Positions 22,552 through 31,541 of a stretch of DNA of 32,000 bases are shown piece by piece (within the stretch, counting starts at the first letter, position 1; the number at the start of each line of letters is the position of its first letter). Origin of the DNA: Candidatus Saccharimonadota bacterium (GTDB lineage: Bacteria > Patescibacteriota > Gracilibacteria > UBA4473). Position numbers and translations under genes: made by a program. The DNA lies in assembly GCA_963677105.1 (NCBI GenBank), contig OY781871.1, positions 540,001 to 572,000 of the forward strand, written 5' to 3'. The notes beneath the pieces are model-generated. The model made no database searches and was not told where the DNA came from. It saw only the letters and a program-made list of their open reading frames with translations.

Positions 22552-23726
22552 AAACATATATTCTTGAGCTCGGACGTAATTGGGAGCTTTGTTATGCAGA
22601 AGCAATGTTTAAGTGTGATGAAATTTTTTCGGATCCATTGAAACACCTTTTACTTGCTGAAAATTTAAAATTTGAAAATCTACGGAATCTCCCCAAAAAA
22701 GAAGAACAAATTTTTCTTGATAGATTAGGAGGATGTATTCGGGTAGCTGAGGTTATTGGAGAATTTAGAGAAAAAGCAAAAATTGTAGAGAAGATTTATA
22801 CACATGTGAAAGCAGAACAACCAGAGGGAAAACCAAAATTGGGAGTTTCGAGTTGGGGAACGGGAAAAGGATTTTTGCAGAGCCTATTATCGCTTCTTCA
22901 TGCAAAATTTGGGGAAGTTCGTACGGAAAATGTAAGTGGAGAAAATATGACATCGGGGCAGGTTTTTGATCGAAAATTGATAAAAAAAGGATTTGAATTT
23001 TTGGTATGGCAAAACGGAGATTCGTTTTTATTAGGGCGAACAAAAGCGGTACAAAATCTTCGAAATTATACACTTCGTGATAGAGGAAAAACGTTTCGTG
23101 ATGCAGAGATGGGAATGTTGCCGCCGAAATTGGCACAACAATTAATCAATTTTGCCAATCCATCAGAAAAGGAAGTGATTGTAGACCCATTTTGTGGATC
23201 AGGAACAATTTGTGTAGAAACCGCAATTGCTGGTTGGAAAACAGTAGGAAGTGATATGGTTGCAGAGCGAGTAAAGGGGGCGAAAGAGAATTATTTATTT
23301 TTAGCAGAAAAATTTCGGTATGAGGAAGAAAGTGGAGAATTTTTTACGTGTGATGCGACGAAGTTTCCGTGGCCACGATTTGAAAAATCAATTGTTGCTA
23401 CAGAAGGATTTTTGGGTGAGAATTTCACAAAACAACCAAATCGCGGTCAAGCAGAGGAACAGGCGGATTTTGTATTAAAGTTATGGGAGAATTTTTGGCA
23501 AAATGCGAAAAAGAATGGACCACGGAAAGTGGCTTGCTGTCTGCCTCGGTGGCATGTTTTGAGTGGAGACCTAGATATTGTTCAAAAATTTCTTGCCAGC
23601 GCAACAAAGGTTGGGTACACTCCGCTCGCTCTTTTTGATGAAAAAATTTCTTGCACATATGATCGTCCAGGTGCATATGTTGCACGAGAAATTATTGTAC
23701 TGGAAAGAAGACCCAACAAAGCATAG
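22548..23726 (+). CDS. class I SAM-dependent (UPF0020/Trm11/RlmL-like) putative RNA methyltransferase (392 aa)
   Basis: GMLPPKLAQQLINFANPSEKEVIVDPFCGSGTICVETAIAG is the substrate-loop plus motif I pattern of this MTase class. The N-terminal region of about 190 aa is uncharacterised. The start overlaps the pgi stop (ATGA at 22548-22551). Confidence 0.6.
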   Translation: MKTYILELGRNWELCYAEAMFKCDEIFSDPLKHLLLAENLKFENLRNLPKKEEQIFLDRLGGCIRVAEVIGEFREKAKIVEKIYTHVKAEQPEGKPKLGVSSWGTGKGFLQSLLSLLHAKFGEVRTENVSGENMTSGQVFDRKLIKKGFEFLVWQNGDSFLLGRTKAVQNLRNYTLRDRGKTFRDAEMGMLPPKLAQQLINFANPSEKEVIVDPFCGSGTICVETAIAGWKTVGSDMVAERVKGAKENYLFLAEKFRYEEESGEFFTCDATKFPWPRFEKSIVATEGFLGENFTKQPNRGQAEEQADFVLKLWENFWQNAKKNGPRKVACCLPRWHVLSGDLDIVQKFLASATKVGYTPLALFDEKISCTYDRPGAYVAREIIVLERRPNKA

Positions 23727-23738
23727 CTTTGTATACTC

Positions 23739-23813
23739 TCCCGAGTAGCTCAGGGGTAGAGCAGTTGGCTGTTAACCAACTTGTCGTCGGTTCAAATCCG
23801 ACCTCGGGAGCCA
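23739..23813 (+). tRNA. tRNA-Asn (anticodon GUU), 75 nt, CCA encoded
   Basis: TCCCGAGTAGCTCAGGGGTAGAGCAGTTGGCTGTTAACCAACTTGTCGTCGGTTCAAATCCGACCTCGGGAGCCA folds as a cloverleaf. Acceptor TCCCGAG/CTCGGGA, D stem GCTC/GAGC, anticodon stem GTTGG/CCAAC with loop CTGTTAA, T arm GTCGG-TTCAAAT-CCGAC. Confidence 0.9.
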
Positions 23814-23850
23814 TTTTAAAATTATTTTTAAAGGAAGTTTTTATTTTAAT

Positions 23851-23878
23851 TTGCACATATTGTTTTTTTTTGTATGCT
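23851..23878 (+). promoter_or_regulatory. candidate cold-shock gene promoter (implies a 5' UTR of about 85 nt)
   Basis: TTGCAC (23851-23856), 16 nt spacer, TATGCT (23873-23878). Long 5' UTRs are typical of csp genes. Confidence 0.3.
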
Positions 23879-23969
23879 CATAGTCCAAGAGCTGTCGTTT
23901 TAGAGGATTTAGAAGATAAATTTCAATAAAGCAAAACTTGCGGAATTTATTTTTTAACCTTTTCATACA

Positions 23970-24167
23970 ATGAAACAAGGTACTATCAAAAAAATCCTTA
24001 ATGGATTCGGATTCATCACTCCAGAAGGAGAGACGAAAGACATTTTCTTTCACGCTAACGACCTTGAAGGTATTGCGTTTGAGAGCCTTAACGAAGGTGA
24101 CGCTGTTACTTACGAAGAAGGAGAATCTCCAAAAGGACCAAAAGCAGAGAAAATTGCGCTTGTGTAA
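23970..24167 (+). CDS. csp: cold-shock domain protein (CspA family), 65 aa
   Basis: [34 protein letters not shown]... carries RNP1 (GFGFI) and RNP2 (IFFH). Typical length. Confidence 0.9.
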   Translation: MKQGTIKKILNGFGFITPEGETKDIFFHANDLEGIAFESLNEGDAVTYEEGESPKGPKAEKIALV

Positions 24168-24192
24168 TTGCAACTACAGTAATAATGCTTTA

Positions 24193-24221
24193 AAAGACCA
24201 AGTAATATACTTGGTCTTTTT
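24193..24221. terminator. bidirectional rho-independent terminator shared by csp (+) and the ATPase gene (-)
   Basis: AAAGACCAAGTA-ata-TACTTGGTCTTT, a perfect 12-bp stem. T-run on the plus strand and A-run (T-run on the minus strand) on the other side. It sits between the stops at 24167 and 24228. Confidence 0.7.
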
Positions 24222-24227
24222 ATTATT

Positions 24228-26741
24228 TCACTCAGATTTCTTTTTTGTTTCGACGCGCTTCTTTCCCATTGAAGGTTTCTCTTTTTCTTCGTTTTTCTCT
24301 TTGGTATCTTTCTTTCGTTTATCATTTTCTGGACGTGTCCAGCGAGTTATTTTTTCTTCTACAACAGATCGCGGTTTTGCATATCGTTGGCGAGAAAAAT
24401 TTCGAATCTTTTTCATGCGTTCTTCCGGAGATTCGTCGCACTTAATTTTTGGTGGAGGAAGAGTATCTCCAGAGAAAACTTCACTCGTTACTCCATCGAC
24501 CATGATGCGATTATATACTTTATATTTTGGAAGACTTGCTAGGTTTACAGGTAAAACGCGATCTTCATCAAACTGTTCGGATAATATTTTTGCGTCATCA
24601 ATCCCCACTTGAAAAGAAATTAATGATCCGACATTTCCAAATACAGCAGCACAAACTTCTTCTGACATCTGCGCAATATACTGATTTGCCATTGTAAGAT
24701 TGAGCTTATATTTACGTGCTTCGGACAAAATTGTCGCAAAAGAATCAGTGGCAAAGTTTTGGAACTCATCCACATAAAGATAAAAATCTTTTCGTTGTTC
24801 TATTGGAATATCAGCACGACTCATCGCATCAAGTTGGAATTTTGTAATCAAAAGAGATCCAAGCATTGCAGAATTATCTTCTCCGAGTTTTCCCTTTGAA
24901 AGATTCACAATTATTATTTTTCCAGAATCCATTGCAAAACGAATGTCGAGAGTGGATTTTGGTTGACCAACAATATTTCGGATCACTGGCGTAGAGAGGA
25001 ATTGCCCAACCTTATTTTGTATTGGACCAACAGCTTCTGCTAATTTTTGTGGAGCGAGAGCACTAAATTCAGTTTCCCAGAAACTTCGGACCATTGGGTC
25101 TTCTACATAATGCAGAATCTTTTGGCGATAACTTTTATCAACCAGCATTCTTGTGATTCCTAACATCGTAGTATCGGGAGCTTCCACGAGTGCCAAAACA
25201 GTATTTCGTAAAAAGTGCTCTAATCGTGGTCCCCAAGAATCAATATTTAATTTTTTAATCACACCGATGAGTCCAGACGCAACAAGACCTCGTTGTTCTG
25301 GATTTTTTCCTTCCAATAAATTAAAAGCGAGTGGAAACTCTCGATCCGCCGGATCAAAAAGAATCACATCATTCGTTCGATGTTTGGGAACAAATTGCAT
25401 AACGGCTTCAGCCAAGTCTCCATGAGGATCAATTACAGCGACACCTTTCCCAGCTTCAATATCTGAAAAAATCATATTTTCCATAATGGTCGATTTTCCC
25501 ATTCCTGTTTTCCCAATCACATATACATGACGACGACGATCATCTGGACGAATTCCGTATTCGTCCCGTTGTAATCGGAAATTTGTTTTTCCAATAAGAG
25601 TAATGTCAGCCTCTCCTCTTCCCGGTAAATTTGCTGGTGGTTCAAGTTTTGGGGCATTTACCCATTGAATTCGTGCCGTAGAGACGCTTATCGTTGGCAA
25701 ATGGAACATGGTAGCCAATTCTTCTTGAGACAAGATAAATGGAGAATCAAGACGTCTTGCGACGATATTACGAAAAGTATGAGAATCTTTCCCCTTTTGA
25801 AGGGTTCGTATGTCAAAGTAGTTCAATTGTGGTTGTGAAAATTGTTGGAAGGTTCCAGCGATTTCTCGAAGTTTTGCTTCAGCGTGTAACGCATCTTCAT
25901 CATCGTGGATATATGCAGCACGAATATTTACACAGAATGCCTGGCGTGAAACTTTATCATAAGAAGCTCCATATACAGTTTCTCGATCGTGTCTTCCCGA
26001 AGAAGTTCGTTCGTCTACTTCTCCTTCGGTTTCTTCTGAATTATCGCGAGAAACTATGGAAGAGTGTGGGCGATTTTTTCCCCAAAGGAAAAATAAGTGA
26101 ATAAGAAAGAATAATGGGCTGCGCAATATGCGAGTAGATTTATTTGGTGAAATTCGAAGCCATTGATATAATTTTCGGAACCATTTCCATTGCCATACTC
26201 CGGTACGGAAAAAACGTTTGAGCGTTTTTTCAGCGACTTCATTCCATTTTTTATCAACCGGGGCAATAACCCATTGTAATACAGCCGTATCAGTTCGTGA
26301 ATGAAGACTTGAGATAGCAGAAGTGATTGCACCAAGAGGATCTTCAAATGTTCGAGCAGAGGTATCTTCGAATTGTGCGTAACGTTTAAATGGGAAAACC
26401 CATGGTTCACTAGGTTCTAATGATGTTGAGATAACTTTTTTATTTGCAATTAATTTGTTTGTGAAAAAATTACAAACAGTTTCTATCTCAACCGAAGGAT
26501 ATTGTGCAAAAATTTGAGAAGAAATAAGCGTTCGTAAATGTGCTGGAACGGAGACATAAAAATGTATCATTCCACACATGTTCACAATTTCAAAACTTAT
26601 CGTTTCTTGTTCGTTATTTTTCATAGATCGCAAAATCAATCCATGTAAACTTGCCAGGATTTGCTCAAACGCAACTGGTCCTTTTTCGTTTAATTTAGGG
26701 ACGGAGAGGCGAAGCACAGTGCGAGAATTCTTTTTCTTCAT
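24228..26741 (-). CDS. VirD4/TraD-like (AAA_10 / type IV coupling-protein-like) P-loop NTPase with a large uncharacterised N-terminal domain (837 aa from ATG 26741)
   Basis: Walker A HVYVIGKTGMGKST, then AVIDPHGDLAE. Walker B FYLYVDEFQNF. SEARKYKLNLTMANQ. The N-terminal region of about 400 aa has no motif I recognise apart from a hydrophobic stretch (LFFLIHLFFLW). Lys-rich C-terminal tail. The track start at 26747 is a GTG. Confidence 0.75.
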   Translation of the reverse strand: MKKKNSRTVLRLSVPKLNEKGPVAFEQILASLHGLILRSMKNNEQETISFEIVNMCGMIHFYVSVPAHLRTLISSQIFAQYPSVEIETVCNFFTNKLIANKKVISTSLEPSEPWVFPFKRYAQFEDTSARTFEDPLGAITSAISSLHSRTDTAVLQWVIAPVDKKWNEVAEKTLKRFFRTGVWQWKWFRKLYQWLRISPNKSTRILRSPLFFLIHLFFLWGKNRPHSSIVSRDNSEETEGEVDERTSSGRHDRETVYGASYDKVSRQAFCVNIRAAYIHDDEDALHAEAKLREIAGTFQQFSQPQLNYFDIRTLQKGKDSHTFRNIVARRLDSPFILSQEELATMFHLPTISVSTARIQWVNAPKLEPPANLPGRGEADITLIGKTNFRLQRDEYGIRPDDRRRHVYVIGKTGMGKSTIMENMIFSDIEAGKGVAVIDPHGDLAEAVMQFVPKHRTNDVILFDPADREFPLAFNLLEGKNPEQRGLVASGLIGVIKKLNIDSWGPRLEHFLRNTVLALVEAPDTTMLGITRMLVDKSYRQKILHYVEDPMVRSFWETEFSALAPQKLAEAVGPIQNKVGQFLSTPVIRNIVGQPKSTLDIRFAMDSGKIIIVNLSKGKLGEDNSAMLGSLLITKFQLDAMSRADIPIEQRKDFYLYVDEFQNFATDSFATILSEARKYKLNLTMANQYIAQMSEEVCAAVFGNVGSLISFQVGIDDAKILSEQFDEDRVLPVNLASLPKYKVYNRIMVDGVTSEVFSGDTLPPPKIKCDESPEERMKKIRNFSRQRYAKPRSVVEEKITRWTRPENDKRKKDTKEKNEEKEKPSMGKKRVETKKKSE

Positions 26742-26770
26742 ATTCACGGAAAATTGTACGTATTTTTAGG

Positions 26771-26804
26771 AAAAAAACAACGAGCACCCGATTGGATGCT
26801 CGTT
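26771..26804 (-). terminator. rho-independent terminator after the lipoprotein gene
   Basis: Minus-strand RNA: AACGAGCA-uccaaucggg-UGCUCGUU (8 bp) followed by GUUUUUUU. It lies between the lipoprotein stop (26834) and the ATPase start (26741). Confidence 0.6.
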
Positions 26805-26833
26805 TTACTATTTATGAAAATGAATAGCGTTAA

Positions 26834-27781
26834 TTATCCACAACTTGCGTCAGAGTTTGCGCCAGTTCCTTCCCAACCAAATCCAGGAGCAGGAGCTTCA
26901 GCAGAAAGTTCTGCGTCACATTCTTCTGGTTTTTCTTCGAATGCAGAACAAATTACGGCTAACAATCCAGCAGAATCACGTCCTGACGGAATTTTTGTTC
27001 CATTAATCACCAATGAAGGAGATCCTTGTACTCCGAATTCTTGGTTTTCAGCGTCATAAATCATGAATTTTGGAAATCGTCCGTTGAGCCATCCTTCTTT
27101 GTCTTCAAGATTTGCCATAATACTGAATTCTGCATCAGCAGCTTCTGTACATGTCGTAAGGACTGATCGATCGATTTCAGTTTCAGCCAGACATGTTTCT
27201 CCAGCTTCGTCTCCACCATCTGTTCCAAGAAAACATTCTAAGTACGGAATAAGTTTTTCGTTTTGGTCTTTTGCGATACAGTATTCGTTCAACTGTTCTT
27301 TTATTTCTTTTTCTCCGTGCATTGCGTAGTTTACGAACTTCAAGTTGAAATCAATAGTGTCTTTCAATTGTTTTACAACCGGAATCATTCCTTTTTCCAT
27401 TTGAGTTCCAAATGGGCAGTGACTCATAATAAAAAGATCCACAACAGGTTTTTCTGTTTTTGTTATCTCAGGAACGGCAGGAGGAGCTGCAACAGCACCT
27501 TTTTCTTCTGTCATTTTGTCGATTTCCATCACGCTTGGGAAGAAAATTTCTCCATCTCCAGACATGTATGAAGTAATTTCTTTTCCTTGTGCATCTACAA
27601 GAACCTTAAAGAGACCATTTTCAATAGTCACTTCTTTTACAGTTGCAGTTGTTCCCGGAGCCATCAAAACAGTATTAATAAAGTTAGACGCTCGTTCTTT
27701 TGCGGCGTCTTCTGTCATTTGTGTACATCCTGCGAGGAATACTGCGCTGATCGCAAGTGCCACTCCAATAAATTTTTTCAT
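26834..27781 (-). CDS. lipoprotein with a thioredoxin-fold (DsbA/GILT-like) domain (315 aa)
   Basis: Signal peptide plus lipobox: MKKFIGVALAISAVFLAG|C. Thioredoxin-fold hallmarks: VVDLFIMSHCPFGTQ ... GVQGSPSLVINGTKI. Several additional Cys in the C-terminal half. Confidence 0.7.
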   Translation of the reverse strand: MKKFIGVALAISAVFLAGCTQMTEDAAKERASNFINTVLMAPGTTATVKEVTIENGLFKVLVDAQGKEITSYMSGDGEIFFPSVMEIDKMTEEKGAVAAPPAVPEITKTEKPVVDLFIMSHCPFGTQMEKGMIPVVKQLKDTIDFNLKFVNYAMHGEKEIKEQLNEYCIAKDQNEKLIPYLECFLGTDGGDEAGETCLAETEIDRSVLTTCTEAADAEFSIMANLEDKEGWLNGRFPKFMIYDAENQEFGVQGSPSLVINGTKIPSGRDSAGLLAVICSAFEEKPEECDAELSAEAPAPGFGWEGTGANSDASCG

Positions 27782-27859
27782 TTTAGGGGTAATTAAAAAA
27801 TCTTTATAAAGGTATAGATAGGCGGGTTAAAAGACAAATTTTTTTATACAAATTCCCTT

Positions 27860-28669
27860 CTATTTTCCTTGGAAGTACTCAACAGCATTCTTGAAAATCT
27901 GTAAATTCTCTGTCCATTCTGGTACGGGTTTTCCTGCACGAATGAGAGTTTCTTTTACCAAAGTGAAATCTGGACGATTGCTAAACCACAATCCTCTTTC
28001 TGGATGAGGCATCATTCCCATAATTCGTCCACTTGCATCACAAATAGCAGCGATATCACGTTTTGCTCCATTTGGATTATGCGGAAAGACTTCTTTTGCG
28101 GCAACGCCATTTTCATCTACATAGGAGAAAACAATTTGATCATTTTTTTCTAATTGGTCGAGCGATTCATCTGGAAGAAAGAAGTTTCCTTCTCCGTGAG
28201 CTACCGGCAAAAACAAAGTATCGATTCCCTTTGTCCAAACACACTTTTTTGATTTATTTTTCAAATGTACATAACGACAAATGAATCTATTCGACGTATT
28301 TGTTAATAGCCCAGCTTGACGTTCTCCATATTTTTCATTTAACGCAGGAACAAGACCAAGAGCAACTAACACTTGAAATCCATTACAAATTCCGAGCGTG
28401 AGCGTGTCACGTTTCACAAAATCTAAAATTTGTTCTCCAATTCTGTCGAGCAAAAGATTCGATAAAGCTTTTCCTGAGCCAGTGTGATCGCCAAAAGAAA
28501 ACCCACCAGGAATAACTAAAATATTCGCTTTTTCTAGTATTTCAGGATGTTCTATTAAGTCCGAAACATGCACATATTTTGCATCTGCTCCTGCTTGATT
28601 GAACGCAAAAATAGTTTCCGCTTCTGAGTTAATTCCATATCCGCCGAGAACGATTGCTGATGGTTTCAT
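27860..28669 (-). CDS. purQ: PurQ-like class I glutamine amidotransferase (FGAM synthase glutaminase subunit-like), 269 aa from ATG 28669
   Basis: LVIPGGFSFGD, nucleophile elbow LGICNGFQVLV, VAHGEGNFF, NPNG...IAAICD, MGMMPHPER. These align along the whole length with B. subtilis PurQ as I remember it. Confidence 0.75.
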   Translation of the reverse strand: MKPSAIVLGGYGINSEAETIFAFNQAGADAKYVHVSDLIEHPEILEKANILVIPGGFSFGDHTGSGKALSNLLLDRIGEQILDFVKRDTLTLGICNGFQVLVALGLVPALNEKYGERQAGLLTNTSNRFICRYVHLKNKSKKCVWTKGIDTLFLPVAHGEGNFFLPDESLDQLEKNDQIVFSYVDENGVAAKEVFPHNPNGAKRDIAAICDASGRIMGMMPHPERGLWFSNRPDFTLVKETLIRAGKPVPEWTENLQIFKNAVEYFQGK

Positions 28670-28778
28670 ATTTTCGCCCAGATTGTACAAAAAAAATGAC
28701 TTTTGAGAAGTGATTTACGATAATTAACAAAATAGTTTAAATCGCCACATCTCGTCAACAACTTCAACCCCATAAGGA

Positions 28779-28806
28779 TTGAAAAAATCATTATTTCGGG
28801 TATAAT
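28779..28806 (+). promoter_or_regulatory. near-consensus sigma70 promoter of clpC
   Basis: TTGAAA (28779-28784), 16 nt spacer, TATAAT (28801-28806), 23 nt upstream of ATG 28830. No SD. Confidence 0.5.
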
Positions 28807-28829
28807 CACACGACATCAAAAATAAATAC

Positions 28830-31460
28830 ATGAATTCACATTTCGACTCATTTACACCATTCGCTCGAAACGCATTAATCCTCGCACAAGAAGAGATGCG
28901 TACTTTGAATGAAAAACAAGTACAAACACAACATCTTCTTTTAGGACTTCTTCGTCAGCCTAAATCGATGGCAACAGAGATTTTAAAAAACTTTGGAGTA
29001 ACGCATGAAAACGCATTTCGTATTTGCGAAGAACTTCGAGGAGTAGACGATAAAACGAAAAAAGTAGAGGAGAACGTATTTTCTCCTTTTGCAGAAAAAG
29101 TGATTGAAGCCGCGGCACAAGCGACACTCGACTTTGGTCATACGATGGTTGATTCCGAGCATATTTTATACGCTTTACTTCGCCAGAAAAATTCGGGAGC
29201 AGTTCATATTTTAAAAACGCTAATGGTTCGTCCAGAACAGATAATTCAATATCTGGAGGATTTATTTCAAAAAGCTGGAGGAAAAAATGATACACCCACA
29301 GATGAAGATCAAAAAAGCATAGAATCATTATTAGATGGACTTCAAAGTATTCTCGTTGGAATTAGTGCTCGTCCTGGAGACGATCGAGCTGGAAGTGGAG
29401 GACAGTTTTCAGCGAACGATTTATTTGATGAACCCGGCATGCCAATGCAACTAGGAGAAAAAAATGGGAAACGTTCTGGTCGTGTAAAAAAATTGGCACT
29501 TGATTATTTTTGTGATGATTTTACCGAGCAAGCTCGTTCAAAAAAATTAGATACAATCATTGGGCGTGACATTGAAATAGAGAGAACTATTCAGATTCTC
29601 AGTCGAAAAACAAAAAATAATCCGGTTCTTATTGGAGATCCAGGAGTAGGAAAAACAGCTATCGCAGAAGGATTAGCGCAACGAATCGCCGAAGGACATG
29701 TTCCAGATTCTCTTATGGACAAGCGTGTTTTATGTCTTTCGATGGCAAATTTAGTCGCTGGAACGAAATATCGAGGAGAATTTGAGGAACGACTGAAACG
29801 AATTATTGAAGAAGCTTCTGCGAGCGATAATGAAGTAATTCTCTTTATTGACGAGCTTCACACCATTATTGGAGCGGGAAGTAGCGAAGGATCACTTGAT
29901 GCAGCAAATATTTTGAAACCGGCTCTTTCACGAGGACAAATTCAAGTGATTGGAGCAACTACAATTGATGAATATCGAAAGCATGTAGAAAAAGATTCTG
30001 CACTTGCTCGTCGTTTTCAAATGGTAAATATTCCAGAGCCAACAGAAGAACAAACGGTAGCGATATTAAAAGGACTTCGTCGCCATTTTGAAGATTATCA
30101 TCTTGTAAATATTACTGATGAAGCGATTGAAACGGCGGTACGACTAAGTGTTCGATATATTCCGGATCGATTTTTACCAGACAAAGCAATTGATTTGATA
30201 GACGAATCTTGTGCCGCAAAAGGACTTACAAATCGATTAAATGGAAAAGAAATTCGTGAATTGAGAAAAAAATTAACCAGTACTCAACAAAAGAAAGAAG
30301 AGGCTGTTTTGACTCAAAATTATGAAAAAGCGAATAAATTACATCAAACGGAAAATGAATTAGAAGAAGCGATTCAGGAAATGAAAAAGAGAAAAGTTTC
30401 TTCAAAAGCACGAAAAGACGTTAAAAAGACAGATATTGCACACGTTCTTGAACTTACAACGGGAATTCCAGTTTCAAAACTTGTCGGCTCTGATTTAGAA
30501 AATTTGAAAACATTAGAAAAAACACTTGAGAAAAAAATTGCAGGACAGTCAAATGCAATTGAAACAATTTCACGTGCAATTCGACGATCACGATTAGGAT
30601 TACAAAATCCAGATCGCCCGCTTGGAGCGTTTCTTTTTCTTGGGCCAACAGGAGTTGGGAAAACAGAATTGGTGCGACAATTAGCTCGAGAAGTGTATCA
30701 CGATGAAAAATCATTGATTAAAATTGATATGTCAGAATTTAGCCAACCTCACACAGGAAGTCGACTTGTTGGTTCTACGGCTGGATATATTGGGCACGAA
30801 GACGGAGGAGAATTGACAGAAAAAGTTCGTCGTCGACCGCATTCAATCGTACTATTTGATGAGATAGAAAAAGCACACAAAGATGTACACAATATGCTGT
30901 TACAGATTTTTGAAGATGGACATCTTACAGATGGAAAAGGAAGAACCGTGAGTTTTCGAAATTGTGTGATTATTTTAACTTCCAATATTGGAGCAAATCG
31001 ATTTCAACAGAATGCGAACTCAATTGGATTTGGAGCTACAAAAACAGATATTGCAGAAAGCGAATCAGAATTTAAACAAATTACTGATGATGTTCAGAAA
31101 GATCTTAAAAAGACTTTTAGTCCAGAGTTTTTAAATCGTTTGGATGCAACGGTAATTTTCAGACCACTTGATCGAGAATCAATTAAACGCATTGTGAAAC
31201 TTCAAGTGAAAGAATTGGAAACACGTCTCAAAGATAAAAATATACAATTACAAATAGGGGGGAATGTTATCAATGCACTTGCAAAAGCGGCGTATAATCC
31301 TGAATTTGGAGCGAGAGAAGTTCGTCGAGTTCTTGCAGATAGACTTGAAACAGCGCTTGCCGAAGCAATGATTGCTGATGAAATTACTGACAACAATGAG
31401 TACATCGTGAGTCATGATGCGAAAAAACGTTTATGTACATTTGTGTTAGCGAAGAAGTAG
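28830..31460 (+). CDS. clpC: ATP-dependent Clp protease ATP-binding subunit ClpC-type (876 aa)
   Basis: Two Clp_N repeats. D1 has Walker [16 protein letters not shown] and Walker B ILFIDELH. Short UVR-like middle motif ([20 protein letters not shown]). D2 has Walker [11 protein letters not shown] and Walker [12 protein letters not shown] ClpP-docking IGF loop (NSIGFGA) argues for ClpC/A rather than ClpB. Confidence 0.9.
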   Translation: MNSHFDSFTPFARNALILAQEEMRTLNEKQVQTQHLLLGLLRQPKSMATEILKNFGVTHENAFRICEELRGVDDKTKKVEENVFSPFAEKVIEAAAQATLDFGHTMVDSEHILYALLRQKNSGAVHILKTLMVRPEQIIQYLEDLFQKAGGKNDTPTDEDQKSIESLLDGLQSILVGISARPGDDRAGSGGQFSANDLFDEPGMPMQLGEKNGKRSGRVKKLALDYFCDDFTEQARSKKLDTIIGRDIEIERTIQILSRKTKNNPVLIGDPGVGKTAIAEGLAQRIAEGHVPDSLMDKRVLCLSMANLVAGTKYRGEFEERLKRIIEEASASDNEVILFIDELHTIIGAGSSEGSLDAANILKPALSRGQIQVIGATTIDEYRKHVEKDSALARRFQMVNIPEPTEEQTVAILKGLRRHFEDYHLVNITDEAIETAVRLSVRYIPDRFLPDKAIDLIDESCAAKGLTNRLNGKEIRELRKKLTSTQQKKEEAVLTQNYEKANKLHQTENELEEAIQEMKKRKVSSKARKDVKKTDIAHVLELTTGIPVSKLVGSDLENLKTLEKTLEKKIAGQSNAIETISRAIRRSRLGLQNPDRPLGAFLFLGPTGVGKTELVRQLAREVYHDEKSLIKIDMSEFSQPHTGSRLVGSTAGYIGHEDGGELTEKVRRRPHSIVLFDEIEKAHKDVHNMLLQIFEDGHLTDGKGRTVSFRNCVIILTSNIGANRFQQNANSIGFGATKTDIAESESEFKQITDDVQKDLKKTFSPEFLNRLDATVIFRPLDRESIKRIVKLQVKELETRLKDKNIQLQIGGNVINALAKAAYNPEFGAREVRRVLADRLETALAEAMIADEITDNNEYIVSHDAKKRLCTFVLAKK

Positions 31461-31505
31461 GTTTTAGGGTTCGAACTTGAGTTTAGATTTTATTTACATG
31501 CAAAA

Positions 31506-31533
31506 TTGTGTTCTATAAGTGATTGAGTATAAT
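31506..31533 (+). promoter_or_regulatory. sigma70-type promoter of pheT
   Basis: TTGTGT (31506-31511), 16 nt spacer, TATAAT (31528-31533), then 8 nt to ATG 31542. Confidence 0.4.
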
Positions 31534-31541
31534 TACGCAGA

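Noticed and set aside
23729-23929. 66-aa ORF starting with TTG at 23729
   Set aside because: It reads straight through tRNA-Asn (23739-23813), so it is spurious.
24001-24612. 203-aa plus-strand ORF overlapping csp (a different frame) and the 3' end of the ATPase gene
   Set aside because: It crosses a 12-bp terminator hairpin and two well-supported genes, and its sequence is S/F/L/R-rich with no motif.
28754-28768. GTCAACAACTTCAAC upstream of the clpC promoter as a CtsR operator (GGTCAAAnAnGGTCAAA)
   Set aside because: It matches the heptad repeat only partially, the spacing is wrong, and no ctsR gene is in the window.
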